Of a stretch of 64,000 nt of DNA, positions 1 to 15,400 are shown piece after piece; positions within the stretch are counted from its first letter, which is position 1, and every line of letters begins with the position of its first letter. Under the pieces are notes generated by a model. The model was not told where the DNA came from and made no database searches. It was given only the letters and a program-made list of their open reading frames with translations. The stretch lies in the NCBI GenBank assembly GCA_963716255.1, contig OY970303.1, positions 320,001-384,000 of the forward strand, written 5' to 3'. Source of the DNA: an uncultured Gemmatimonadales bacterium (GTDB taxonomy: Bacteria; Gemmatimonadota; Gemmatimonadetes; Longimicrobiales; Longimicrobiaceae). A program made the translations under genes and the position numbers.

Positions 1-3092
<3,092 letters not shown>

Positions 3093-3105
3093 CTGCCTTG
3101 TCGGT

Positions 3106-6100
3106 CTACTGCGGGGAATTCCTGCGCGCGACGCCGCGGCGCGCCTGTCTCGCGATGGGGCCGGTCTGGTCCGCGGAGGAGCCGGCGGCGAGCAGGCCGT
3201 CGACCCGCCGCGCAAGCGCCTCCACCGTGGGGTTGTCGAACAGGTCGGCCACCGGCAGCTCCACCCCGAAGTCGTGGCGGACGCGGGAGACCACCTGGGT
3301 CGCCAGCAGCGAGTGCCCGCCAAGGTCGAAGAACGTGTCGCGCACGCCCACGCGCCCGACGCGCAACACCTCCCGCCAGGTCGCCGCGAGCCTCGCCTCC
3401 GTGGGGGTACGAGGCGCGACGTACGTGTCCTCGGCGGAGTCCAGCCCGGGCGCGGGGAGCGCGCGCCGGTCCAGCTTGCCGTTGGGGGTCAGCGGAAGCT
3501 CCCCCAGCGGCACCAGCGCCGCCGGCACCATGTGCTCCGGCAGGCGGGCGCGCAGCCACTCGCGCAGCTCCGCCTCCGCCGGCGCCGCGCCGTCCGCGCC
3601 GACGACGTAGCCCACCAGGCGCCGCTCCCCCGGCCCGTCCTCCCGCGCGACCACCGCCGCGGCGCGCACCCCGGGGTGTGCCCCCAGCACCGCCTCCACC
3701 TCCCCCGGCTCCACGCGGAAGCCCCGCACCTTGACCTGCTGGTCCGCGCGCCCCAGGAACTCCAGCGCCGCCTCCTCCGACCACCGCACCCGGTCGCCGG
3801 TGCGGTACAGCCGCTCCCCCGGCGACCCCGCGTAGGGGTGCGGGACGAAGCGCTCCGCCGTCAGCCCCGGGCGACCCAGGTACCCGCGGGCCAGCCCGGG
3901 GCCGGACAGGTACAGCTCGCCGGGGACGCCGGGGGGCACCGGCTCCAGGCGCGCGTCCAGCACGTACGCCCCGGTGTTCGCCACCGGGCGCCCCAGCGGC
4001 AGCGGCGCGGAACGGTCCTCGTCGCCGCGCACCGGGTGCCAGGTGGAGAAGGTCGTCCCCTCCGTGGGGCCGTAGCCGTTCACCAGCATCGCCGGCCCGC
4101 CCGTTTCCAGCACGGCCGCGGAGCGCGTGGCGTCCATCGCCTCGCCGCCCACGACCAGGTAGCGCAGCCCGGCGAAGGCGTCCGGACGCTCCCCGGCCAC
4201 CCGGTGGAAGAGCGAGGTGGGGAGGAAGGCCTGCGTCACCCCCTGCGCGCGCAGCGCCGCCGCCAGCGCGTCCGGGTCCAGCGCCGTCTCGCGGGGGATC
4301 CCCACCAGCCGCGCCCCGGACAGCAGCGCGCTCCACACCTCCCAGGTCGCCGCGTCGAAGGCGGCGTTGGAAACCTGCGCCACGCGGTCGTCCGGGCCCG
4401 CTTCCGTGTAATCCGTGTCGCGAACCAAGCGCAGGACACCCGCGTGCGTGACCGCGACGCCCTTCGGTTCCCCCGTGGAGCCGGAGGTGTAGATCACGTA
4501 CGCCAGCCCGTCCGGCTCCACGGGCGCCGCCGGGAGCTCCACCTCGTCCGCTTCAGGCACCAAAGCTGTCCCGAAAGATATCACCTCCACCCCGGCCGCG
4601 GGAAGCAGGTCCCGCAGGCTTTCCTGCGCCAGCAGCACGCGCGCGCCGCAGTCGCGCAGCATCCAGGCGAGGCGCTCCGCAGGGTGCTGCGGGTCCAGCG
4701 GGAGGTACGCCCCGCCCGCCCGCAGGATGGCCACCATGCCCACCACCATCTCCACCGAGCGGTCCAGCAGCAGCCCCACCCGCGCGTCCGGACCCACCCC
4801 CGCCGCGCACAGCCGGCGCGCCAGCGCGGCCGAGCGCCGGTCCAGCTCCCGGTAGGTCAGCGCCGCCTCGGGGTACGCCACCGCCACCGCGTCGGGCCAG
4901 CGCGCCGCCGCCTCCTCGAACAGTGCCACCACGGTGCGCCCCGCCGGCCACTCCGTCCGCAGCGGGGCGCCCGTGGCCAGCGCCGCCTCGCGCTCCACCG
5001 GCGTCAGCAGCGGCAGGTCGCGGAGCGGGCGCTCCGGGTCCGCGGCCATCGCCTCCAGCAGCGTCCCCCACTGCGCCAGCATGCGCCGCACCGCCGCGCC
5101 GCCGAAGCGCGCCGTGTCCCAGACGGCCCGCAGCGCCAGCCCCTCCCCCGGCGAGGCCACCACCGTGAGCGGGTAGCCGGTGCGCTCCTCCACCCGCGGG
5201 TCGCGGATCGCCAGCCGCCCGCCCGCCTCCCCCGCCCCGCCGCCCACCGGGTAGTTCTCGAAGGCCAGGATGCTCTCGAACAGGCGCTGCTCGCGGGGAA
5301 CCTCCGTCCACCCCTGCACCGCCGTGAGCGACACGTGCTCCCAGGCGCCGGCCTCCACCTGCCGCGCGTGCAATTCCGCGATCCAGGGGAGGAGCGGCGC
5401 GTCCTCGTCCACGCGGGCGCGCACGGGGAGCGTGTTGATGAACATCCCCACCATCTCCTCCACCCCCGCCAGCGCCGCCGGCCGCCCCGAGACCACGGCC
5501 CCGAACACCACGTCGTCCCGCCCCGAGAAGCGGGACAGCAGCAGCGCCCAGGCCCCCTGCACCAGCGCCCCCGGCGTGACGCGGGCGCGGCGGGCCAGCG
5601 CCGCCAGCGAGGCCATCGCCGCCGCGGGGAGCCGCACCGAAGCCTCGGCGTACCGCGACGGGTCGTCCGCGGCGCCGGCGGGGGCGGGCCGGTCGATCCC
5701 CAGCGGCGTGGGCGCCTCCACCCCGGCCAGGCGGGCGCGCCAGAACGCCTCCGCCGCCGCGGCGTCCCCCTCCCGCAGCCAGAGCACGTAGTCGCGGAAG
5801 GGGCGCGGGCGCGGCAGGCTCGTTTCGCGGCCGGCGCGCGCGTCCGCCTCGAAGGCGAGCACCTCGTCCAGCACGCGCGGCAGCGACCAGCCGTCCAGCA
5901 GCAGGTGGTGGAAGCTCCACTGCACGCGCCACTCGTCCGCGCCCGTGCGGATCAGCGCCAGGCGCATCAGCGGCGCCGCCAGAAGGTCGAAGCCGCGGCG
6001 ACGGTCCTCCGCCAGGAAGTCCTCCAGCTCCCGCTCGCGCGCGTGCGGCGCGAGGCCGCTCCAGTCCAGCGTTTCCACGGGAATCGCCACGCGGCGCTGC

Positions 6101-6339
6101 ACCACCTGCACCGGCTCCTCCATCTCCTCCCACGCGAACGCCGTCCGCAGCACCGGGTGCCGCTCCGCGACCCGCTGCCAGGCGCGCGCGAAGGCCTGCG
6201 GGCCGAAGGCGGGATCGCGCACCGTGAACCCCACCTGCTCCACGTACGCGCCGGAGCCCGGGGCGTAGACGGTGTGGAACAGCATCCCCTGCTGGAGCGG
6301 GGTGAGCGGGTAGATGTCCTCTACGTCGGGCCGGCTCAT
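3106..6339 (-). CDS. NRPS gene H, single module C(DCL-type)-A(aliphatic, Val-like)-T; near-identical paralog of gene F
   Basis: 1077-aa ORF with [52 protein letters not shown] and [17 protein letters not shown] upstream. Code DAWFVGGTFK. Confidence 0.96.
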   Translation of the reverse strand: MSRPDVEDIYPLTPLQQGMLFHTVYAPGSGAYVEQVGFTVRDPAFGPQAFARAWQRVAERHPVLRTAFAWEEMEEPVQVVQRRVAIPVETLDWSGLAPHARERELEDFLAEDRRRGFDLLAAPLMRLALIRTGADEWRVQWSFHHLLLDGWSLPRVLDEVLAFEADARAGRETSLPRPRPFRDYVLWLREGDAAAAEAFWRARLAGVEAPTPLGIDRPAPAGAADDPSRYAEASVRLPAAAMASLAALARRARVTPGALVQGAWALLLSRFSGRDDVVFGAVVSGRPAALAGVEEMVGMFINTLPVRARVDEDAPLLPWIAELHARQVEAGAWEHVSLTAVQGWTEVPREQRLFESILAFENYPVGGGAGEAGGRLAIRDPRVEERTGYPLTVVASPGEGLALRAVWDTARFGGAAVRRMLAQWGTLLEAMAADPERPLRDLPLLTPVEREAALATGAPLRTEWPAGRTVVALFEEAAARWPDAVAVAYPEAALTYRELDRRSAALARRLCAAGVGPDARVGLLLDRSVEMVVGMVAILRAGGAYLPLDPQHPAERLAWMLRDCGARVLLAQESLRDLLPAAGVEVISFGTALVPEADEVELPAAPVEPDGLAYVIYTSGSTGEPKGVAVTHAGVLRLVRDTDYTEAGPDDRVAQVSNAAFDAATWEVWSALLSGARLVGIPRETALDPDALAAALRAQGVTQAFLPTSLFHRVAGERPDAFAGLRYLVVGGEAMDATRSAAVLETGGPAMLVNGYGPTEGTTFSTWHPVRGDEDRSAPLPLGRPVANTGAYVLDARLEPVPPGVPGELYLSGPGLARGYLGRPGLTAERFVPHPYAGSPGERLYRTGDRVRWSEEAALEFLGRADQQVKVRGFRVEPGEVEAVLGAHPGVRAAAVVAREDGPGERRLVGYVVGADGAAPAEAELREWLRARLPEHMVPAALVPLGELPLTPNGKLDRRALPAPGLDSAEDTYVAPRTPTEARLAATWREVLRVGRVGVRDTFFDLGGHSLLATQVVSRVRHDFGVELPVADLFDNPTVEALARRVDGLLAAGSSADQTGPIARQARRGVARRNSPQ

Positions 6340-6353
6340 CGTGTCGTGCTCCG
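3449..6353. repeat. ~2.9-kb near-identical copy of 20091-22995 (RBS plus C-A didomain of genes H and F)
   Basis: Constant offset of 16642 at both ends; only a handful of amino-acid differences. Confidence 0.95.
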
Positions 6354-6476
6354 CAGGGCCCGCTGGCCGGCAGTAACAGAGCGGCGCGCCACCCGCTCCG
6401 GCGGCGCGCCGCCGTCCGGCGCCTCCTCCGCCCGGGAGAGGTGTGCGGCGGCGGGCCTCTGCGGAAACCTGCGCAT
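6336..6476 (-). pseudogene. 46-codon relic ORF homologous to the 5' end of gene I; its TGA overlaps the ATG of gene H
   Basis: ATGCGCAGGTTTCCGCAG...CGATGA translates as MRRFPQRPAAAHLSRAEE..., which aligns codon by codon with gene I MHTFSQVDADAQLPGMED. Both follow the same TAGACCGACARGRCAG spacer. Confidence 0.6.
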
Positions 6477-6489
6477 CTGTCCTGTCGGT

Positions 6490-9400
6490 CTACTGCGGGG
6501 AATTCCTGCGCGCGACGCCGCGGCGCGCCTGTCTCGCGATGGGGCCGGCCTGGTCCGCGGAGGAGCCGGCGGCGAGCAGGCCGTCGACCCGCCGCGCCAG
6601 CGCCTCCACCGTCGGGTTGTCGAACAGGTCGGCGACCCGCAGCTCCACGCCGAAGGCGTGACGGACGCGGGAAACCACCTGGGTGGCGAGCATGGAGTGC
6701 CCGCCCAGGTCGAAGAACGAGTCGTGCACGCCCACCCGCCCGGCGCGCAGCACCTCCGCCCAGGCGGCGGCGAGCCGCTCTTCCGTGGGGGTGCGCGGCG
6801 CGACGTACGTGTCCTCGGCGGAGCCCGTCTCGGGCGCGGGAAGCGCGCGGCGGTCGGTCTTGCCGTGCGGGGTCAGCGGGAAGCCGTCCAGCAGCACGAA
6901 CGCCGCCGGCACCATGTGCTCCGGCAGCCGCTCCGCCAGGTGGGCGCGTAGCCCCTCCACCGTCGGCTCCCCGGCCGCCGCGTCCGCGACCACGTACGCC
7001 ACCAGGCGCCGCGCGCCCGGCTCGTCCTCGCGCGCCATCACCAGCGCCTCCCTCACACCCGCGTGCCCCAGCAGCGCCGCCTCCACCTCGCCCGGCTCGA
7101 TGCGGAAGCCGCGCACCTTGACCTGCTGGTCCGCGCGCCCCAGGTACTCCAGGCCGCCCCCGGCGCGCCGCCGCGCACGGTCCCCCGAGCGGTACATGCG
7201 CGCCCCGGGCTCCGCCGAGTACGGATCGGGGACGAAGCGCTCCGCCGTCAGCTCCGGACGGCCCAGGTAGCCCCGAGCCACGCCGCCGCCGCCCACGTAC
7301 ATCTCCCCCGGGACGCCCGGCGGAACCGGCTCCAGGCTCCGGTCCAGCAGGTGCACGCGAAGGTCCGGGATCCCCTCGCCGATCACGCTCCCCGGCGCCG
7401 ACTCCGCGTCCTCCGCCGTCACCGGGCGGTAGGTGACGTGCACGGTCGTCTCCGTGATCCCGTACATGTTCACCAGTCGCGGGCGCGCGTCGCCGTGCCG
7501 CTCCATCCACGGCTTCAGCGTGCGCGGCTCCAGCGCCTCCCCGCCGAACACCACCCAGCGCAGCGACAGCTCGTCCACCGACGCCGCTTCGTCCGCGCGG
7601 ACCAGCTGCCGGAAGGCGGAGGGCGTCTGGTTGAGCACTGTCACCCGCTCGGCGCCCAGCAGCGCGCGGAACGCCTCCGGGTCGCGGCTCGTCTCCCACG
7701 GCACCACCACCAGACGCCCGCCGTGCAGCAGCGCGCCCCACATCTCCCACACCGAGAAGTCGAAGGCGTACGAGTGGAAGAGCGTCCACACGTCCTCCGC
7801 ACCGAAGCCGAACCACTCCTGCGTCGCGTCGAAGAGCCGCAGCACGTTGGCGTGCGTGACGACCACGCCCTTGGGGCGCCCGGTGGAGCCCGAGGTGTAG
7901 ATGACGTACGCGGCCGAGTCGGGGTCGATGGCGGGGCCCCCACCCGGCTCGCTCAGGCTCGCCACCCTCCCCCGTTCCGGGGGAGGGGAACCTCCATGCT
8001 GACGAGCCTCGCCCTCCGGCGTGTCGTCGTCGTGCTCCCCCTTGCCCTTGGTGGGAGCGGGGGCCGGGGGGTGAGGGCTGTCCAGCGCGACGACCTCGAC
8101 CCCGGGCACCTCCGGCAGCACCGCGCGCGTGGCCTCCTGCGCCAGCACCAGCGACACGCCGGAGTCCTCCAGCAGGTAGCCGATGCGATCCGCGGGGTAC
8201 GCCGGGTCGATGGGGACGTAGGCGCCCCCCGCCTTCAGCACCCCCAGGATGGCCACGACCATCTCCGCGGAGCGCTCCAGGCACAGCCCCACCCGCACCT
8301 CCGGCCCGACGCCGCGGCGCCGCAGCTCGCGGCCGAGTCCGGCGGCGCGGCGCTCCACCTCACGGTACGTCAGCGACTCCGCCCCGAGCGTCACCGCAAC
8401 GGCCTCCGGCGCCCGCGAGGCTGCGGCGGCGAAGCGCCCGTGCAGCGTGTCGCGCACCGCGAACGAGCGGGTCCCGCCCGCGGCCGCGACCAGCTCCGCG
8501 CGCTCCGCCTCGCCCAGCAGGCGCAGCTCCGAGACGGGGCGCGCCGGCTCCGCCGCGGCGGCCGACAGCAGGGCGACGAGGTGCCCGCTCATCCGCTCGA
8601 TGGTCGCCGCGTCGAACAGGTCCGTGCTGTACTGCACGCCGCCCAGGAGCCCGTCCGGATGCTCCAGCATGGTCAGCGTCAGGTCGAACTTTTCCGAGCG
8701 GAACTCGAACTCCAGCGGCTCCACCGCCACCCCGCCCAGGTCCAGCCCCCCGGGGGGGACGTTCTGGAAGACGAACATCACCTGGAACAGCGGCGTCCGG
8801 CTCAAGGACCGCTCCGGCTGCAGCTCCTCCACCAGCCGCTCGAAGGGAAGGTCCTGGTGCTGGTAGGCCCCCAGCGTCGTCTCCCGCACGCGCGCCACCA
8901 GGTCCCGGAACGTCGGGTCGTCCCACAGCTCCGTGCGCAGCGCAAGCGTGTTCACGAAGAACCCGATCAGCCGCTCCGTCTCCTCGCGGTTGCGACCGGC
9001 GATCGGCGTCCCCACCACCACGTCGTCCTGCCCCGAGTAGCGGGCCAGGAGCAGCTGGAACGCCGCCAGCAGCACCATGAACGGCGTCGCCCCCTCCCGC
9101 CGCCCCAGCGCGCGCAGCGAGCTCGCCGCAGCCTCCGGCACCGAGAAGACGTGCGAGGCGCCGTGGAAGCGCTGCACCGCGGGGCGCGGCCGGTCCGTGG
9201 GTAGCTCCAGCACCGCGGGGGCGCCGCGCAGACGATCGCGCCACCACCCCAGCTGCCGCTCCAGCACCTCCCCCGTGAGCCACGCCCGCTGCCACACCGC
9301 GAAGTCCGCGTACTGCACCGGCAGCGGCGCCAGCACCGGCTCCCGCCCGGCCAGGCGGGCGCGGTACGCCTCGCCCAGCTCGCCGAAGAAGATCCCCATG

Positions 9401-12400
9401 CTCCACGCGTCGCTGACCACGTGGTGCATCACCAGCACCAGCACGTGCTCGTCCTCGCCCGCGCGGAGAAGCCGGGCGCGAAGCAGCGGCCCCCGCGCCA
9501 GGTCGAAGGCGTGCCGCACCTCCTCGTCCACCACGCCCCGCACCGCAGCCTCGCGCGCTTCCTCCGGGAGGTCGCTCAGGTCCTCGACGGGGAGGGCCAG
9601 GGGCTCCGGTGGGAGCACCACCTGGGCGGCGCGCCCGCCGCGCTCCGGGAAGACGGTGCGCAGCGCCTCGTGCCGGCGCACGATCTCGCCCAGGGCCCAC
9701 TCCAGCGCCGCCGCGTCCAGCGGGCCGCGCAGCCGCACCGCGCCGGGGATGTTGTAGAAGGGGCTCCCGGGCTCCAGCTGGTCCAGGAACCAGAGCCGCT
9801 CCTGCGCGAACGACAGCGGCAGCTCGCCGCCGCGCGGCGCGGGGAGGATGGGCGGGACGGGGATCGCGTCCGGGAGCGCCGCCTCCACGCGGCGGGCGAG
9901 CGCGGCCACGGTGGGCGCCTCGAAGAGCACGCGCAGCGGCAGGTCCACGTGCAGCGCGGCGCGCAGGCGCGACATCGCCTGCGTGGCCAGCAGAGAGTGG
10001 CCGCCCAGGTCGAAGAACGAGTCGTCCACGCCCACCCGCTCCACGCGAAGCACGTCCGCCCAGGCGATGGCGATCCGCTCCTCGGTGGCGGTGCGCGGCG
10101 CGACGTACGTGTCCTCGCCCGAGGCGGGAGCGGGCGCCGGGAGCGCCCGGCGGTCGGTCTTGCCGCTGGGAGTGCGCGGGAGCGCGTCCAGCTCCACGAA
10201 GGCCGAGGGGACCATGGGCTCCGGGAGCCGCTCGCGCAGCCAGCCGCGCAGCGCGGCGGCGCCGGGCACCGGCCCGTCCTCCGCCGGGACGACCCAGGCC
10301 ACCAGCCGCCCCCCCGCCCCGTCGGCGAGGATCATCGCGGCGGCGTCCGCGACCGCCGGGTGCTCGCGCAGCACGGCCTCCACCTCACCGAGCTCCACGC
10401 GGACGCCGCGGACCTTGACCTGGGTATCCACACGGCCCAGGTACTCCAGCTCCCCGGCGGGATTCCAGCGCGCCCGGTCCAGCGTCCGGTACATCCGCCC
10501 GCCCGGCGCCGCGGCGAAGGGATCGGGGCGGAAGAGCGCGGCCGTCAGCTCGGGGCGCGCGTGGTAGCCGCGCGCCAGGCCGGCGCCGGCCAGGTACAGC
10601 TCGCCCGCCGCGCCCACGGGGACCGGGCGCAGCTCCGCGTCCAGCACGTACGCCCGCGTCCCGGCCACCGGCCGCCCGATGGTGACGCGCTCCGCCCCGG
10701 GCTCCACGGTCGTCCAGGTGGAGTAGGCTGTGTCCTCGGTGGGCCCGTACAGGTTCCTCACGCGCTCCACGTGCCCCAGCGCGTACAGCCCGCGCGCCAG
10801 GTCCGCCGGCAGGGGCTCGCCGGCCAGGTTGAAGGCGCGCACCTTCCGCGGGATCCCGCCCGAGCGAAGCAGCTCCGCGGCGGCGGTGGGGACCATGGTC
10901 GCCAGCCGCACGCCGTCCGCGTCGGAGAGCGAGGCCAGCTCCAGCGCGTTCTCCACCAGCACCAGCCGCCCGCCCCAGCACAGCGTCCCGAAGATCTCCG
11001 CCACCGACACGTCGAACGACACGGAGGTGGATGCCAGCACTCCCGCGCGCTCCTCGTCGGTGACCGTGTCGCGCATCCAGTGCACGAACACGGCGGCGGC
11101 CCGGTGCGGGATGGCGACGCCCTTGGGGCGGCCGGTGGAGCCGGAGGTGTAGATGAGGTACGCGGGGTTGTCGGGATGGACGTCGTGCTCCCCCTCCCTC
11201 CCTGCGGGGGAGGGGGCCGGGGGAAGGGGGGTGCCGTCGAGCGCGACGATCTCCCCCGCGAAATCCCCGAACAGCCCGGCAAGGCTCTCCTGCGTCAGCA
11301 GCACGCGCGCGCCGGAGTCGGCGAGCATGTAGGCCAGGCGGTCGGCGGGGTAGGCGGGGTCCAGGGGGAGGTAGGCGCCGCCGGCACGGAGGACGCCGAG
11401 CAGCGCGGCCACCAGCTCCGGCGTGCGCGCAAGGCAGACGCCGACCACGGACTCCGGACCGACCCCCAGCGCGCGCAGGCGGAGGGCGAGCGAGTCCGCG
11501 CGCGCACCCAGCTCCGCGTAGGTGAGCGTGCGGCCGTGGAAGGAGACCGCGGGGGCGCCGGGGGTCCGCGCGGCGGCGGCGGCGAACAGGTCGTGCAGGA
11601 GCGCGTCGGCCGGGTAGGCGCGGGCGGTGTCGCTCCACTCCGCCAGCACCCGCCGGCGCTCCTCCGGCGGGAGCAGGTCCAGGGTGTCGTGGCGCGCCTC
11701 CGGGTCGGCGGCCATGCGCTCCAGCACGGCGAGGTGGGCGGCGAGGAGCCGCTCCGCCTGGGCGTCGGAAAAGCGCGTGGCGTCGTACTCCACGGCGAGC
11801 TGAAGCTCGTGCCTGGAGGAGCCCTGGGAAAAGGTGACGCCCAGCGGGAAGTTGGTGGTGCCCGTGGCGCGCGCGTTGACGAAGCGCCCGCCCTCCGCCG
11901 CCGCCACGCTGTCCATCACGTGGAAGTGGACGAAGTTGAAGAGCACTTCGAAGGGCGGCTCGCCGCCGTTCATGCGCTTCAGCTCCGCCACCGGGAAGCG
12001 GCGGAAGGGGAGCGTGCGGCGCTCGGCGTCGAAGGCGGCACGCACGAGGTCCAGCCAGCTGCCGCGGCCCGGACGCAACCGCAGCGGCAGCGTGTTGAGG
12101 AAGAGGCCCAGCACCCGCTCGCCGCCGCCGCCCTCGGGGCGGCCGTTGGAGACGATGCCCACGGTCACGTCGTCCGCGCCCGCGGCGGCGCCGAGCGCCC
12201 GCAGGTGCGCGGCGAGCAGGACGCTCTTGAACGTGGCCCCCGCCCGCCGGGCCACCCGCCCCAGGGCGTCCACCAGCTCCGGCAGCAGCTCCACGAGCTG
12301 CGCCCGCGCGCCCGCTTCGCCCGCGGGGGCGAGCGAGGGCGGCACGGTGGGCTCGGCGTCCTCCAGCACGCCCGCCCAGAACTCCCGCGCCTCGGGCGAC

Positions 12401-15400
12401 GCGAGCGCTTCGCGCTCCAGCGCCACGAAGTCGCGGAAGGTGGACGCGGGCGCGGCGGCCTCGCCGTCCCCGTCTCCCGCGGCGAAGTACAGGCCGAACA
12501 GCTCCGCCAGCAGCGCGGCGACGCTCCAGCCGTCCAGGATGGAGTGGTGCTCGGTGAAGCCGAGCTGGAAGGCGTCGGGCCCGCGCACGTGGGCGTGGAA
12601 GCGGATCAGCGGGGACACGCGCCAGTCGAAGGCGCGGAAGGTTTCCGTCTCCACCCACGCGTCCACGGCCGCGTCCTGCGCCTCCGGCGGCAGACCGGAC
12701 ACGTCCGCGGTCTCCAGCGCGACCTCCGGCTCGCGGTGGACGAGCTGCATGGGCTCCGAGAATCCCGCCAGGTCGAACGAGGTCCGCAGGATGGCGTGCC
12801 GCCCCGCCAGCGTCGTCAGCACGCCCCGCAGCCGCGCCTCGTCGAACGCGCCGCGCAGGTGGAAGGTGTTGACGTTCTGGTAGACGGCGCGGTCCGGGTT
12901 CTGCTCGGTGTGGAAGATCATCCCGAGCTGGAGGCGCGTCATGGGATAGGCGTCCTCCACGCCCTCCGGGACGCGCGCCCGGTCCTCCGGCGCGAGGAGC
13001 GAGAACGGCTCGGCGCGCGCGGCGGCCTCGCGGCGCTCGGCACGGACGTGCGGCGCCAGCTCGGCGACGGTCTGGTAGCGGAAGACGTCCTGGAGCCCGA
13101 AGCCGATCCCCCGCTCGCGCGCCTTCGCCAGCACCTGGAGGCTGCGGATGGAGTCGCCGCCCAGCGCGAAGTAGTTGTCGTGCACGCCCACGCGGTCCAC
13201 GCCCAGCGTTTCCGCCCACACCTCCGCCAGCGCTGCCTCCACCGCGTCGCGCGGGGGCGCGTAGACCGCGCCCAGCTCCGGGCGCGCCCCGTCCGGCGGC
13301 GGCAGCGCACGGCGGTCGGTCTTGCCGTGCGGGGTCAGCGGGAAGCCGTCCAGCAGCACGAACGCCGCCGGCACCATGTGCTCCGGCAGCCGCTCCGCCA
13401 GGTGGGCGCGCAGCCCCTCCACCGTCGGCTCCCCGGCCGCCGCGTCCGCGACCACGTACGCCACCAGGCGCCGCGCGCCCGGCTCGTCCTCGCGCGCCAT
13501 CACCAGCGCCTCCCTCACACCCGCGTGCCCCAGCAGCGCCGCCTCCACCTCGCCCGGCTCGATGCGGAAGCCGCGCACCTTGACCTGCTGGTCCGCGCGG
13601 CCCAGGTACTCCAGGCCGCCCCCGGCGCGACGCCGCGCACGGTCCCCCGAGCGGTACATGCGCGCCCCGGGCTCCGCCGAGTACGGATCGGGGACGAAGC
13701 GCTCCGCCGTCAGCTCCGGACGGCCCAGGTAGCCCCGAGCCACGCCGCCGCCGCCCACGTACATCTCCCCCGGGACGCCCGGCGGAACCGGCTCCAGGCC
13801 CCGGTCCAGCAGGTGCACGCGAAGGTCCGGGATCCCCTCGCCGATCACGCTCCCCGGCGCCGACTCCGCGTCCTCCGCCGTCACCGGCCGGTAGGTGACG
13901 TGCACGGTCGTCTCCGTGATCCCGTACATGTTCACCAGCCGCGGCCGCGCGTCACCGTGCCGCTCCATCCACGGCTTCAGCGTGCGCGGCTCCAGCGCCT
14001 CCCCGCCGAACACCACCCAGCGCAGCGACAGCGCCGCGTCCGCGGGCGCGGTCTCGTCCGCGCGGACCAGCTGCCGGAAGGCGGAGGGCGTCTGGTTGAG
14101 CACCGTCACCCGCTCGGCGCCCAGCAGCGCGCGGAACGCCTCCGGGTCGCGGCTCGTCTCCCACGGCACCACCACCAGGCGCCCGCCGTGCAGCAGCGCG
14201 CCCCACATCTCCCACACCGAGAAGTCGAAGGCGTACGAGTGGAAGAGCGTCCACACGTCCTCCGCACCGAAGCCGAACCACTCCTGCGTCGCGTCGAAGA
14301 GCCGCAGCACGTTGGCGTGCGTGACGACCACGCCCTTGGGACGCCCCGTGGAGCCCGAGGTGTAGATGACGTACGCGGCGGCGGCGGGATCGATGGCAGG
14401 GCCCCCACCCGGCTCGCTCAGGCTCGCCACCCTCCCCCGTTCCGGGGGAGGGGAATCTCCATGCTGACGAGCCTCGCCCTCCGGCGTGTCGTCTTCGTGC
14501 TCCCCCTTGCCCCTTGTGGGAGCGGGGGCCGGGGGGTGAGGGCTGTCCAGCGCGACGACCTCGACCCCGGGCACCTCCGGCAGCACCGCGCGCGTGGCCT
14601 CCTGCGCCAGCACCAGCGACACGCCGGAGTCCTCCAGCAGGTAGGCGATGCGATCCGCGGGGTAGGCCGGGTCGATGGGGACGTAGGCGCCCCCCGCCTT
14701 CAGCACCCCCAGGATGGCCACGACCATCTCCGCCGAGCGCTCCAGGCACAGCCCGACCCGCACCTCCGGCCCGACCCCGCGGCGCCACAGCTCGCGGCCG
14801 AGCCGGGCGGCGCGGCGCTCCACCTCGCGGTACGTCAGCGACTCCGCCCCGAGCGTCACCGCAACGGCCTCCGGCGCCCGCACCGCGGCGGCGGCGAAGC
14901 GCCCGTGCAGCGTCTCGCGCACCGGGAACGACCGCGTGCCGCCCGCGGCCGCGACCAGCTCCGAGCGCTCCGCCTCGCCCAGCAGGCGCAGCTCCGAGAC
15001 CGGGCGCGCCGGCTCCTCCGCGGCGGCGCCGAGCAGCGCGACGAGGTGCCCGCTCATCCGCTCGATGGTCGCCGCGTCGAACAGGTCCGTGCTGTACTGC
15101 ACGCCCCCCAGGAGCCCGTCCGGGTGCTCCAGCATCGTCAGCGTCAGGTCGAACTTCTCCGAGCGGAACTCGAACTCCAGCGGCTCCACCGCCACCCCGC
15201 CCAGGTCCAGCCCCCCGGGGGGGACGTTCTGGAAGACGAACATCACCTGGAACAGCGGCGTCCGGCTCAAGGACCGCTCCGGCTGCAGCTCCTCCACCAG
15301 CCGCTCGAAGGGAAGGTCCTGGTGCTGGTAGGCCCCCAGCGTCGTCTCCCGCACGCGCGCCACCAGGTCCCGGAACGTCGGGTCGTCCCACAGCTCCGTG

